DNA of 64,000 bases from positions 9,774,784 to 9,838,783 of the forward strand of contig CM121341.1 of NCBI GenBank assembly GCA_051530055.1, given 5' to 3'. Of the stretch, positions 36,237-49,214 are shown one piece after another. The notes beneath the pieces were generated by a model, which was not told the origin of the DNA, did no database searches, and was given only the letters and a program-made list of their open reading frames with translations. The position numbers and the translations under genes were made by a program. Source of the stretch: Neoechinorhynchus agilis. Its lineage: Eukaryota; Animalia; Acanthocephala. How positions within the stretch are numbered: position 1 is the first letter of the stretch; each line of letters starts with the position of its first letter.

Positions 36237-37477
36237 ATGACTAGCAACTATATGTTACCTTCTTTGCAGGGTCCGCCGCGTGAACGTTTCGACCTCGCTC
36301 AGGCGCAATTCCCATCGGCTACCCATGTATTTGCTTCAGCTGGTAGTGTGAGTTGTCCTGAAACTATAGCCAACGAGGTTGGAGAGGCGTGCATGAGTAG
36401 AGCTTGTCGAGCGAGTCCGTGCGTGAAAGAGTATGATAGTGTGACTCGCTCGATCTCTGCTAAGGCGGCTGCGTTGGTAGATGCTACTACTACCAGCGAG
36501 CCGAACCACCCAAAACTGAGACCGTATCACATTCGCTTCGTGCTTTTGATGTCGGATCTGACATCTTGCCTGGCCCGCAATCTTATTGCTATAACTTCTT
36601 CACTGGCGACGTTGAAAACATATGCGATAACGTCCTTCCTCTGCTCTCTAGGTTTCCAAAATTTATTCTTGATGGTATCCCTGCGCATTTGAAGGGTGGT
36701 TTTGAAGATGGTGGTTTTAGAATTGAGCAACTTCCAACTTTGATCGAGGAACCACTAGGTACTGAAGTCTTAACTCTGTCGAGAGATTTTCTCTCAAAAA
36801 TCGGCCAGCTTTGTTCCTCTGATCTACCAACTGTCAACAACTTCTTTGAAGGTGGGGTCGTCCCAACTAAACCTTCTGTTCCGGCTCTGAGCGAAGCGCT
36901 CAGTAGGGGGGGGCGGTGCCCCAACTGTGCCTGCTTTTTTATTCAGACTCAGCACCGATGTGTGCGAGCTGTGGCCTGGGCACATTTCCCGTTTAACCGA
37001 ATCTTTCGGAAGAAGGATCTCGATGATGAGATGTATCAACGCTACCAATTTGATTCGTCAGCCGATGGGCACCATTTTAAGTTGAGACGTGAAACGTCCA
37101 CTCGCTATCTACTTTATTGGCTGGTTGCCTTGCAACTCTATCATCCAATCCTTCCTGCTAATTCTTGTACTCAGAGTGAATTGATAACGCCATTGGGTGT
37201 GGCCATGAGTGATTTTGTCGAGCTCACAGATTTTGAGTCTCGAGTTGATTTAGTCACGCGTACTATCTTGGACCGAGCTAAGCGCTCGATTAAAGATCTC
37301 TTATCATCCACAGTGGATGAGATCGTGGGGCCTGTATTGAACACTCCAGTGATCGAGAAGGAACCACTCCCTTCTTCCAAAGAAGATATTTCAGAGGCGC
37401 CTGCGTTAGGTATTGTCGTTCTTCCGTTTTTTGCGAGGTCTGCCTCGTTTAGGAGGTTGAGCGAGAATGACGTGTGA
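36237..37477 (+). mobile_element. Diverged 3' fragment of the 23-27 kb LINE family (C-terminal extension domain; one frameshift near 36575)
   Basis: Collinear matches to 26050-26882: VLL...LARNL / VLV...LARELL; QSYCYNFF / QGC*FL; RFPKF / RLPMW; RDFL / IDFL; CPNC / CGTC; LQLYHPI / IEFFHSI. Confidence 0.6.
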
Positions 37478-38319
37478 TGTTGGATCGGTATACGCTTGTT
37501 TGAGGCGGTATATCGGTAAGTTTTCTGGTTTTTCACCGAGATCGATCATGAAAAACTTTGCGTTGCGATACACATTGGACGCTGAAAAGTTACAATGATC
37601 GCTTAGAAAGTATTTTCTATACCGGTATATGGTTACACTTTTAAAGATCGCAGTAGAAAGGACGACAACTAAAAATCAATTTGGTTGTTGGAGTACTTCA
37701 ATGTGCCACGAACGGCTACTCGAACTGCTATTTTTCCTCTGGAATTTCATCCTTACGGAGATGCGTTCCTAATCTTTTTGAATGCAAAGCGCCTTCCGAA
37801 AGCAAATTGTCAAAGATTTGAAGGTACTTGAGACGCAGGAGTATTTCAGCTCCTTCACAATCGCAAGAGTCCTCTATTTTCGGCCTTTGCAATCGCACCT
37901 GAGTGTGCGACGTTGCACCTAATGCCTGGTCCGCATTACTCTTACCATGAAGAGGGGACGGCATTTCCCGCACACGAAAGGCGACAACCTTTAAAATGCT
38001 CAATCAATGCATTTCTTTGTTCGGTATTCATATTACGTTTTGAACTTAGAGCAAATATACTTAATGGGGCCTAAGAGCGCACTGTCTTCAACAAGCCAGT
38101 TGACGGGCTGATGAATATAGTGAAGGCAAGAGTAGGCCATCAAGCGAAGTCCACGTGCGCAGGGGTACAGGCGAATGTCCCGGAGCACCTTCACGTCCAG
38201 ATTCAATGATTACAGAATGTTGCGACCAATAAAGGATAAGAAAGCGCAACTAGAATAAGAAAGGGAAATCACACCACCTACAATCAAAAACCGGATGCAG
38301 TTCACATGGTTAAACAGGC

Positions 38320-40320
38320 TCAACTCTTAATTGGCAATGCATCTGTATCATTGCTCACTTTGTTAAAAAAATAGAAATCGGTATATGAATGCTCAATTAA
38401 CTTTTTCGGGATTGCATTATGAGGCTCAATTGATGAAACGAGATTGTGTTTCAGAAGAGCTTCGAAATTTCCGTCGTTGAAGGTCAATGAAATCCTACAA
38501 ATGTTCAACATGAGAGTGCTGATTGACATGAGTTCAAACACCAAATTCCACGAGTCACTTCTCCATTTTAAGTGTAAGGAGAAATGGAATAAAACGACAT
38601 TTTGGCCCGATCTTAATCCGTGGAAATCAAGAATCCCGATGGATTTCTCCGCGTCTTATCGGGTTGGAAATAATCGAACAAAATCTTCGCATGGATCAAA
38701 TTCGTGGCGAAGCGTTCATTTTTATTCTACAAGACAGTTAAATCTTAAAGAATTCGACAATGCAACAAATTGATTTCACTAATTATGCCCGATATCCGTT
38801 ACATCTTAATATCGACGTTGCCATAAAATTTCGAGAAAAATTACTCACATTGAGACGCTAAGACACCTTCGCTCGTCCTCGGTACGAACGTAGAAATCAA
38901 CGATCCTCTCCAAATATCGCTCGACTTATCGGCGAACAAAAAGAACGACGAGAGGAACGCGAATGCTGCGATAGAAAGCGGAGGGCGTTTTGGAAGGTAC
39001 GAAAAAGCAGAAGAATTCTCGGTCTGGGTAATGATTTAGCGCCCGTTCAAATTTTTTCGCAATTTGTGAAAGTAGCCATTTAGTCATTGTTCTTGAAGAA
39101 GTTCAACATTGAACCGGCGGGTAACTTCAAGTTTCCTCGAATAACAACTAACAATCATTTGTAAAACCGCTTTGGTCGCTTAACCCAGTTCATGAATCGC
39201 AGCGTAATAAGAAATAGACAAAAACAATTTTTTGCCTAATCAGATGGATCGATTGAAGCAATAACCGGAAACCTTAAGAGCCACTTAGCTTACAATGATA
39301 AAAACGGAATTGGAACCTAACGTTGCAGCGGAAGTTTTAAAATTCACTTACCCTCTTAGCATAGATTGTTCTCTTGCTCCTTTTCTAGGATGTCCAACTC
39401 AAAGGACGTGCTGCCCAGTTGACATATTTCGCCCATCACACTTTTGATGACCACCGATCATGCCTAAAACAATAATGATCAAATCGCTGCGCAATGGGCT
39501 CTTTCATTTAAAAATGACGGCGTAAAAAGAATTAATCATCCCATCTTTGGTACAATGAAGTTCTGCCCTACAAACCAAATGTTGCTCTCACCTTTTCACG
39601 ACTAACTAAATTCCAAACTCCCAAGGGGATATTTGCAGTCTATAAGACTTCACAAAAAGTTCAATTCTTCGCCAAAGGACTTTATAGAAGAAAAGACATG
39701 AGTTTAAATCGTCCTTCAACTGTAAAATCGAGTTTCTTCTAAGCCTTTATGTGCTCTTACCTTGTCTCCGTGACTATTATAATATCGATGGGATAAGCTG
39801 CCGTATTATGAAGTTCTTTAAGGACACCGTTAATATGTCTATGGCAAATCGCCTGGCGGCCCATCGAGGTTGCTATCGTAAGCATTCTACTAATCTGATC
39901 GCCGACCGAAATCGGCATATTAATGCATCATAGAAATCGATTATGCTATACAATTTCGCATTGGCAAGCTTCAGCGTTGCTTCTTCAAACGTTGGAACCC
40001 AAGTTAAGGAGTTGAATTCCGAAAGTGGTATCTCATTTGTTTCACCGCGATTATATTGTATAGAAGATTCCACGAAATTATCAATGATGTGCCCACAAAT
40101 GCGGTCGACGTATAAAACGAGAAAATTTATTTCCAACAACGAGTCCTTCGTTTGATGCATAAACTCAAGATCCTCTGAGAAAAAACATTAAGAATCTCAC
40201 TAGTTCCTTCTGAATCCAGCACTTTTAGGAAATCACCATTGAAAATCAGCATCAGGCTTCCAATGTTACCAACTTTCGTTAAATTCAAAATACAACGCCT
40301 GATGACTTTATTTTCAATCA
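38320..40320 (-). pseudogene. Longest copy of a decayed, about 2-kb ORF of unknown identity (family A)
   Basis: ORF remnants 40127-40321, 39873-40160 and 38320-38544 are linked by stop- and frameshift-broken coding-like sequence (KFERALNHYPDREFFCFFVPSK). Confidence 0.5.
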
Positions 40321-40329
40321 CGATCGAAA

Positions 40330-40767
40330 CCTCTTTTTCTTAGCATTGTTAACGTTGGGAGGCAGGGCCAGCTATTGAGCACTTTTGCTTCCACTTGTTC
40401 CGATCCAGATCCTGGTTCGAGTGCAGCTTCGATTCTCTAAGGTCCACGTGTAGGGTGTCTAACCAGCGTTGCTTTGGTTTCCCTCTTGGGCGCCTTCCGT
40501 CAACTTCGATGATCAATCCTTTCCTCGCGAGAGTCTCATTTCCACGCAGCAAATGACCGTACCACCTCAGTCGGGCTTCGCGCATTTTGTCCTTGATCGG
40601 CACTACATCGAAGCGATTTCGAATGCCGTCGTTTGATTGACACGATCGGACAATGTGATGCCGCTCATTCATCTTAGCATCTTTGTCTCATGACGCTCAG
40701 ACCATGTTCTCGTGCTTGGTGATTGGCCAGCATTCGGCTCCATATAGTGCCACGTTCGTACTACTGA
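40330..40767 (-). mobile_element. RTE-1-like 3' fragment (duplicate of 47110-47547)
   Basis: KDKMREARLRWYGH...RPRGKPKQRWLD. Confidence 0.85.
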
Positions 40768-40769
40768 AC

Positions 40770-41275
40770 GATCGTCAATGCAAAAAATTGATTTCATTAA
40801 TTATGCCCAATATCCATTACATTTTAATATTGACGTTGCCATAAAATTTTGAGAGAAGTTATTCACATTGAGCCGCTAAGACACCTTCGCTCGTCCTCGG
40901 TACGAACGTAGAAATCAACAATCCCCTCCAAATATCGCTCGACTTATCGACGAACAAAAAAGAACGATGAGAGGAACGCGAATGCAGCGATCGAAAGCGG
41001 AGGGCGTTTTGGAAGGTACGAAAAAACAGAAGAATTCACGGTCTTTCTAATTATTTAGCGCCCGTCCAAATTTTTTCGCAATTTGTGAAAAGTAGCCATT
41101 TAGTCATTGTTCGTGAGGAAGTTCAACATTGAATCGGCGGGCAACTTCAAGTTTCTTCGAATAAAAACTAACAATCGTTTTTTAAACGTCTTTGGTTGCT
41201 TAACCCAGTTCATGAATCGCAGCGCAATCGGAAATAGACAAGGCAATAACCGGAAACCTTAAGAGCCATTTAGTT
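40770..41275. repeat. Family A copy
   Basis: Matches 38755-39290 with a deletion. Confidence 0.85.
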
Positions 41276-41277
41276 TA

Positions 41278-43120
41278 CGACCTGCAAGAAAAATTCTCTG
41301 CAGACGTATTACAGAGAAAACCGGGTAGCAACTTCGCCCAGTCAAACCGATATGCTGCACATCCTACGGGGCCGAAGCTATTGTTTACACGCTCCGAAAC
41401 TTTACTACGATGAGTTCAGAGCCGTGCGTGATTCTTAAGTGTGATTTTCAGAATCCCTTTAACTCTCTCAATAGAGAAAGCATGTTCTGCGCAATTAGGG
41501 ATCAAGCATCAGAAGCCTTCCAGTATTTTCTCAATGCCTACGGGACGGCGACTCCTTTGCTTTTCGAAGACCACCTCATTTGGTTCGAAAGAGGAGTGCA
41601 GCAAGGAGATCCTCTCGGTGTAATCACGTTCTCTCTAACTGTAAATCTAATAGCGCACTCTCTGCATTCTATCTTCAACGCTTGGTACTTGGATGACGCT
41701 ACGCTCGGCGGTGATCCCTCCTTTGTACTGCGCGATTTGGAGACGCTGATTAGGGAGACCTCGAGAATGGGCATTGAGCTCAATGCTGGAAAGTGCGAGC
41801 TCCTAGTACTAAATATCGAAGACGCCGACAAAGTCAAGGATCCAATTGATGGGTTTGAGGCCATAGCTCCAGGTCTTAAACTCGTGACTCCAGAGCAACT
41901 CAGCCTCCTGGGTAGTTGCGTCTTTGATTCAAATGTGGAACCTGAGATAGGTCGTATCATGCCGAAACCTTCGTTGCTGTGCGATTGGGTGAGCGCTCTC
42001 TCGGCTCACGAAACGTTGTTTCTGATAAAGAACGCACTCTTTATCCCGACAGCAACATTCTTCAAACTTAAGGAAAGATTGGCTAAGGTTGACGTCAAGG
42101 TGAGGGCTTGTCTCGAGCGTATTTTAAATGTCCAGCTCTCAGATGAGGCGTGACGACAAGCTTCATTGCCTGTGTATTCTGGGGATTGGAAATTCGGGCG
42201 CTAGTAGACCTAGCCTTGCCAGCCTTTCTTGGATCGTATGAGGAGATTCAACCGATAGCGAAGAAAATTCTGAGGGGAAAGTTCTGCCTTGACCAAGACT
42301 TTGTGGTGGCAGTTGAAGAATGGTGCCAGCAGACAGGCGCTAACCATGTTCCCGTGAATTGCTTCAGACAGTCGATCTTGGACAGACCTCTCGTCGCGAG
42401 AGCTTACAGCTCTCTACTTTCAGCTTCTCGCGATGGGGTCGTCCAAGCTAAATTGTTGGTAGTTTCGACACCTGTTTCTCTTACATCTGTGGGAACTCTT
42501 CTCACTGATGATGTAACGAGGATCGCAGTGTCCTTAAAACAAGGTCTACCGATGTGGGTCTTTGGTTGATGCTTTCGGGCGACACGGTCTCGTTTGTCGA
42601 AAGTCAGGGGGAAGGTTCTCGTGCCATTCTGAGATCAGCAGCATAATTTCTCGGGCGTTGAGAACGGCGAACTTCACCAACATCTTGGAACCCGCCCATC
42701 TTTGTCGACTAGACGGTCGTCGACCTGACGGAATTTCGGTCTTTCCGTGGCGGGAGGGCAAATGGCTTCTCTGGGACGCCAGGTGTGTGGACACCCTCGC
42801 AGTAAGCAACATTCCCTACCTTCTCGAAATCGCTGGAGGTGCAGCCTGTGCAACGGAAGGTGGAATGTACCAAAATATAGGAAATTAGCAAGAACTCACT
42901 ATTTTGTCCCCTTCTGAGTAGAGACGTATGGAGCGCTTGGCAGCTCGGCAAGAAGAAATTGAGAGAAACGATCGGCGACGCACGAGCAGGCGTATTCCTG
43001 CGACAAAATATCTCGCTTCCAGTAGAACGAGGCAATGCTGCTAGCGTAATAGCGACAACCGAGGAAGGAGAGAAGCTCCAATTTTGCGAACGGTGGTGAT
43101 TGCACGTTTTAAACTTTATT
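41278..43120 (+). mobile_element. CRE-clade retrotransposon, 5'-truncated, frameshifted, copy 3
   Basis: GVQQGDPLG, WYLDD, RFSCHSEI, DGRRPDG, LWDARCVDTL, VERGNAA. Confidence 0.88.
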
Positions 43121-43385
43121 ATATTCTTAATGCGAAAGATATATACGTAGAATGTCAAATTCGATAAAACAACAACGCATTGGTATTTTGATGTGTATGT
43201 ATGCAAATAAACAAATTATTATCGCTTAGATTATAGGATCAAAAAGCGCGCCCCTTCCCATTTATTTAATATTAACAAAAGTTATTATTAGACGTCATTA
43301 TGAACAACTGGTGTGTATAATATTCTTAATGCGAAAGATATATACGTAGAATGCTACATTCTATCAAAACAACAACCCATGGGTA
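43117..43385. repeat. About 200-bp AT-rich repeat with a 70-bp tandem restart; related copy at 32170-32345
   Basis: TATTCTTAATGCGAAAGATATATACGTAGAATG near 43120 and 43320; AAAACAACAACGCAT.GGTATT shared with 32220. Confidence 0.7.
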
Positions 43386-44765
43386 TTGCTCCCAGATAGA
43401 CATACCGCTCTATCTGTTTTAATTGCCCAACTCCATTCGGCCCTACGCCAGAGACCGTATGCGCGACATGCGGAATCGTCAAGAATTCCGTCTTTTTCGA
43501 GTTGATGGTCAGACCAATCATACTCGTTTTCTCGCACCGTCTATTTAGCATGCGTTGAGCTCCTTCGACTGTGAGAGTGTTTATCGCTCTCCATGCTAAG
43601 GCGGTACGAACAAAACCTTCCTTATATGCGATCCTGCGAACTGCATCCTCCATCGAAGCTTTTTGCTTTTCATTATAGAGGTTGGCAAGTTCAAGACTTG
43701 CAATGCGAGCCGCAGATCGTTTTCCTCTTTTTCTTAGAGTTTTGATCTGCTCAGCCATTGCCATAAATTCACCGTCCACCTGCCATGTAACCTTTGCAGC
43801 TTTTATACGATTAATTTTTGGGAGGGTTTTCTGGGCCGCTTCGGTCACTGCGTCGTAGATTGACTTGTAATAAAAATCAATATCCGTTCCAGCAGCTGGC
43901 GTCGAGCTCAGTTGATTCTCTAGTTCGATATCGAACTCTTTCCTCTTCTCCTCATTAGCGAGGGCGCCATAGAACGGACGTGGAGGATGCTGAGGCGTAC
44001 GGAACAACGAGTCACTCATGCTCAACTGACACATCACCAACTTGTGGTCGGTTGGCAGGCCATCAACTGTGAATGTGCCAGCGCTTCTGACCCGACATTT
44101 TTCCCTACGTCTCAACAATATATGGTCAAGCTGAGCTAAGCGTCTTGGGATTTTTTCCCATGGCATGTTTGGACGGATTCTTTTGACCCATAAACGTCGC
44201 CAAACGCCACAGACGCTTCCGGAAAAAAGTGTTGACAGACACGAGACCATGCCGCTCCAGCGCCTCAAAAAAGTACCGGCTGTTCATTCTCGCCTTTAAA
44301 CACATATAGCGATCTTTCGGAATGCGGTAAAATCGCGTTGAAGTCACCGGCTATTAGGAGGGTGTCTCTGTTCGGTACATCATCTAATGCTTCGGCTAGA
44401 TTTCGATAATATCCTTTAACCGCCTCTTCATCCGAAGAGAAGGTCGGTGAATATACGCCAAAAGCATAGAGATTTCTCGACCGAAGCTTTATGCTGACAC
44501 GAAGGATTCGGTCAGTTATAATACTGCATAGTGCAGAGTTTCGGAGATGGGGTGATAAACAAACGTCTACACCTCCATTTCCTCGACTGTCCGCAGATAG
44601 GTAAGATAATGACCAGCCTCCTCCTAAATCCTCCTGATTTACGTCTGTGCCTGACTGGCCTCTTATGCGCAATTCTTGTAAAAACACAAGATCCATTCTG
44701 GCGTCCCTTGCCAATTTGGCCAGGGTTCCCCTACGCCATTGCGCTCGCAGACTCCTACAATTCAA
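43386..44765 (-). mobile_element. RTE-like LINE: APE region joined to late RT, RT core deleted
   Basis: NCRSL, LQELR, VYSPT, IAGDFNA, LDHIL, TDH; then directly IGLTINSKKTE...YVYLG. Confidence 0.8.
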
Positions 44766-45596
44766 GCATCCGATTCGTAGTCCTCTTCTATCTGACTCCT
44801 ATTTTTCCTCTCAACTTTTATTGGAATTTCATCCTTACTGAGATGCGCTCCTAACCTTTTTGAATGCAAAGCGCCTTCCGAAAGCAAATTGTCAAAGATT
44901 TGAAGGTAGTTGAGACGCAGGAGTATTTCAGCTTCTTCACAATCGCAAGAGTCCTCTATTTTCGGCCTTTGCAATTGGACCTGAGTGTGCGACGTTGCAC
45001 CTAATGCCTGGTCCGCATTACTCTTGCCTTGAAGAGGGGCCGGCATTTCCTGTACATGAAAGGGTACAACCTTTAAATGCTCAATCGAAGCATTTTTTCT
45101 TCGGTATTCATATCACGTTTTGAACTTAGAGCAAATAAACTTAATGGGACCTTCGTTGACTACACGTTGTGTAGTAAATATGCTACTACGTCTCTAAGAG
45201 CGGGAGGGGGTGAGTGTGTTAATTGTCGAGAAATGAAGATTGATTGAATTTCAAAAATTATAGAGGTTTTTTTACCAAGTAGTATGCTCACTGTTCTTTT
45301 TCGTCGCCGTCCTCGTTGTTGTTACATGCTGCCGCGCAAAATGTTCGCTGGGTGTTTTGTGTACGATCAGATGTTGTTTCGTAAAAGTGTTGTGGTAGCA
45401 CTCTTTCGATGTTTTTCGGTGTGAAGTCGCGAAAGGCCTCCTTGAAAATGAGTGCTTGCCATAAATTAAAAAAATGTCGGAGGTGTATTCAAGATCGTGC
45501 AACTTTGTTCCGGAGGAAAACAAACAATGGAGAATCCGACGTCAGTGAGGGCTAATCCATCGTTATTCAGTAAGCATTTTTTCTGATTGCTTGACG

Positions 45597-47547
45597 CCAT
45601 AAAATTTCGAGAAAAAGTACTCACATCGAGGCACTAAGACACCTTCGCTCGTCCTCGGTACGAACGTAGAAATCAACGATCCTCTCCAAATATCGCTCGA
45701 CTTATCGACGAACAAAAAAGAACGATGAGAGGAACGCGAATGCTGCGATAGAAAGCGGAGGGCGTTTTGGAAGGTACGAAAAAACAGAAGAATTCACGGT
45801 CTGGGTAATTATTTAGCGCCCGTTCAAATTTTTTCGCAATTTGTGAAAAGTAGCCATTTAGTCATTGTTCTTGAAGAAGTTCAACATTGAACCGGCGGGT
45901 AACTTCAAGTTTCCTCGAATAACAACTAACAATCATTTGTAAAACCGCTTTGGTCGCTTAACCCAGTTCATGAATCGCAGCGTAATAAGAAATAGACAAA
46001 AACAATTTTTTGCCTAATCAGATGGATCGATTGAAGCAATAACCGGAAACCTTAAGAGCCACTTAGCTTACAATGATAAAAACGGAATTGGAACCTAACG
46101 TTGCAGCGGAAGTTTTAAAATTCACTTACCCTCTTAGCATAGATTGTTCTCTTGCTCCTTTTCTAGGATGTCCAACTCAAAGGACGTGCTGCCCAGTTGA
46201 CATATTTCGCCCATCACACTTTTGATGACCACCGATCATGCCTAAAACAATAATGATCAAATCGCTGCGCAATGGGCTCTTTCATTTAAAAATGACGGCG
46301 TAAAAAGAATTAATCATCCCATCTTTGGTACAATGAAGTTCTGCCCTACAAACCAAATGTTGCTCTCACCTTTTCACGACTAACTAAATTCCAAACTCCC
46401 AAGGGGATATTTGCAGTCTATAAGACTTCACAAAAAGTTCAATTCTTCGCCAAAGGACTTTATAGAAGAAAAGACATGAGTTTAAATCGTCCTTCAACTG
46501 TAAAATCGAGTTTCTTCTAAGCCTTTATGTGCTCTTACCTTGTCTCCGTGACTATTATAATATCGATGGGATAAGCTGCCGTATTATGAAGTTCTTTAAG
46601 GACACCGTTAATATGTCTATGGCAAATCGCCTGGCGGCCCATCGAGGTTGCTATCGTAAGCATTCTACTAATCTGATCGCCGACCGAAATCGGCATATTA
46701 ATGCATCATAGAAATCGATTATGCTATACAATTTCGCATTGGCAAGCTTCAGCGTTGCTTCTTCAAACGTTGGAACCCAAGTTAAGGAGTTGAATTCCGA
46801 AAGTGGTATCTCATTTGTTTCACCGCGATTATATTGTATAGAAGATTCCACGAAATTATCAATGATGTGCCCACAAATGCGGTCGACGTATAAAACGAGA
46901 AAATTTATTTCCAACAACGAGTCCTTCGTTTGATGCATAAACTCAAGATCCTCTGAGAAAAAAACATTAAGAATCTCACTAGTTCCTTCTGAATCCAGCA
47001 CTTTTAGGAAATCACCATTGAAAATCAGCATCAGGCTTCCAATGTTACCAACTTTCGTTAAATTCAAAATACAACGCCTGATGACTTTATTTTCAATCAC
47101 GATCGAAACCTCTTTTTCTTAGCATTGTTAACGTTGGGAGGCAGGGCCAGCTATTGAGCACTTTTGCTTCCACTTGTTCCGATCCAGATCCTGGTTCGAG
47201 TGCAGCTTCGATTCTCTAAGGTCCACGTGTAGGGTGTCTAACCAGCGTTGCTTTGGTTTCCCTCTTGGGCGCCTTCCGTCAACTTCGATGATCAATCCTT
47301 TCCTCACGAGAGTCTCATTTCCACGCAGCAAATGACCGTACCACCTCAGTCGGGCTTCGCGCATTTTGTCCTTGATCGGCACTACATCGAAGCGATTTCG
47401 AATGCCGTCGTTTGATTGACACGATCGGACAATGTGATGCCGCTCATTCAGCTTACCATCTTTGTCTCCACGACGCTCAGACCATGTTCTCGTGCTTGGT
47501 GATTGGCCAGCATTCGGCTCCATATAGTGCCACGTTCGTACTACTGA
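45597..47547. repeat. Segmental duplicate of 38821-40767
   Basis: Near-identical; ORF offset 6778 (39751 vs 46529). Confidence 0.95.
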
Positions 47548-49190
47548 GCGATTAATCCTCGACTTGAGGTGCGTCTTCATTCGTCGATCGCACAGCACCC
47601 CAGTTGCTGAGAGCCATTTCATCCTAGTTGCGCTGATTCTATTTCGTGTGGTACTCGATCGAAAGTGTTTTCTATTTCAATAAATGCCAAATGAATTGGG
47701 CGACCTTTTTCACGATACTATTCGATAAGCAGTCGTGCTACATAAATCGCATCTGTGGTGCCACCTCCTTTGACAAATCCAACTCGATCAACAGATAAAT
47801 AGACGATATTGTTAATCCGCATGTCGATCTTGCAGAGTTGCTATAGAATCAGGGCCGATTGCTTTCCCTGGTTTCATTCGATTTATTGCATCTTGAACTT
47901 TCTTCGTATTGATAGGACTAACGGGGCCTGGAATCCTTACGATCTCCGAAATGGATTGATGCCATCTCTCGGATACATCACCTTTATTGACATTCATCAC
48001 GCCCGATATATGATTTATACAGGGAAGCTTTTCAATATCTTGCGCCTGCCGTTGACGCCATTTTACGAGTCGTTATAACTCACGGTCATTTTCACGAATA
48101 TTTTGCTTAGTACTTACACGTGTGTAGTGGGCAGTTCGAGCGGATGCGACTGCTATCTTTGCCTCTATTTTCGCAGTTCGATAGTACTCATAAGCTGCAG
48201 GTGTTTAACTCTTGAGGAATACATGATACATTCTCTTCTTCTCATAAACCTTCTTTTTGACTTCATCAGTCCAGAGCTTAGGGTCGCGATCAATGTATCG
48301 CTTTCCGGTTTTAGTAACACTCAAGTGTTTTCGAGCCTCGACCTGAATGATTTCTTTTGCTCGGTTCCAAATTTCGTCCACTGTGATCACAATCTGCAAT
48401 TTTTTGTTTTCTCTGTAAGGATCGTTTCCTTTTCTTTGAATCGCCACCATTTGATCATAATTGGGCCTGTGAAGGCATTCAAGGATTTTATTGGTTTTTT
48501 ATACGGATGTTCGCTATCATCGGTCGATGTTCAGCAGTAATCGTCTCCGTAGACATGTAGCCTCGTCGAACGAGAATAAAATCTATTCGGGAGTTGGGTT
48601 GGTCGTTTCTTAAACCATGTATTGGTGATGATGAGGTCATGTGAATCCGCAAACTTATGGATTCGTTCTCCGTCAATATTTCTCTTACCAAATCCTTTTC
48701 CACCGTGGGAACGATTTCCGTCCGCTTCTTTAATCTTCAGAAGGAATTTCACGTATGTGATGATCCAGCATTTCCCAAAACGTTTCTCTATTTCGTGATC
48801 TCCAAGCCCAGTATGCGGCGCATATGCAGAATAGAAGTGAAATTTCCTCTGAGGCAAGATTAGGGTCAATTTCATCAGGCGGTCATCGAAGCGATGTACT
48901 TCTTGTACTGAATCCCGAAATCGTTCGGAGATTGCGATCCCAACTCGATTATGTATGCCCCTCGTACCATTATAAAATAGTTTATATCCGTTCTCATCTC
49001 GTTCTTGTTCCATGTCATGTGCCTTTGCGCCACTCCATCGTGTCTTTTGCACAGCGCATATATCCACTCGTCTTTTTCTTAACATCTTACCCAGCTCTTC
49101 GGTCTTACCCGTTAAAGTGTCTGCGTTCAGCGATCCAATGCTTTAATTATCGTTCGTTTTGTTTTCTTCGGACTACTTTGCTTTCGTCAG
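47110..49190 (-). mobile_element. RTE-1-like LINE, 5' APE and 3' end present, RT core deleted
   Basis: DICAVQKTRW, SAYAP, ITNTWFKK, IDFILV, EHRP, GKAIGPD, GFVKGGGTTDAI, then jumps to GVLCDRRM...LRWYGH. Confidence 0.88.
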
Positions 49191-49214
49191 AGGGCCATAT
49201 TCAATACCAAGGTA

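Noticed and set aside
45157-45180. Hairpin ACTACAC-GTT-GTGTAGT as a Helitron 3' end
   Set aside because: No CTRR terminus at the expected distance and no other Helitron evidence.
49160-49195. Minus-strand CTGACGA...GAA as a ribozyme at the RTE 5' end
   Set aside because: No stem; the sequence is APE N-terminal coding.
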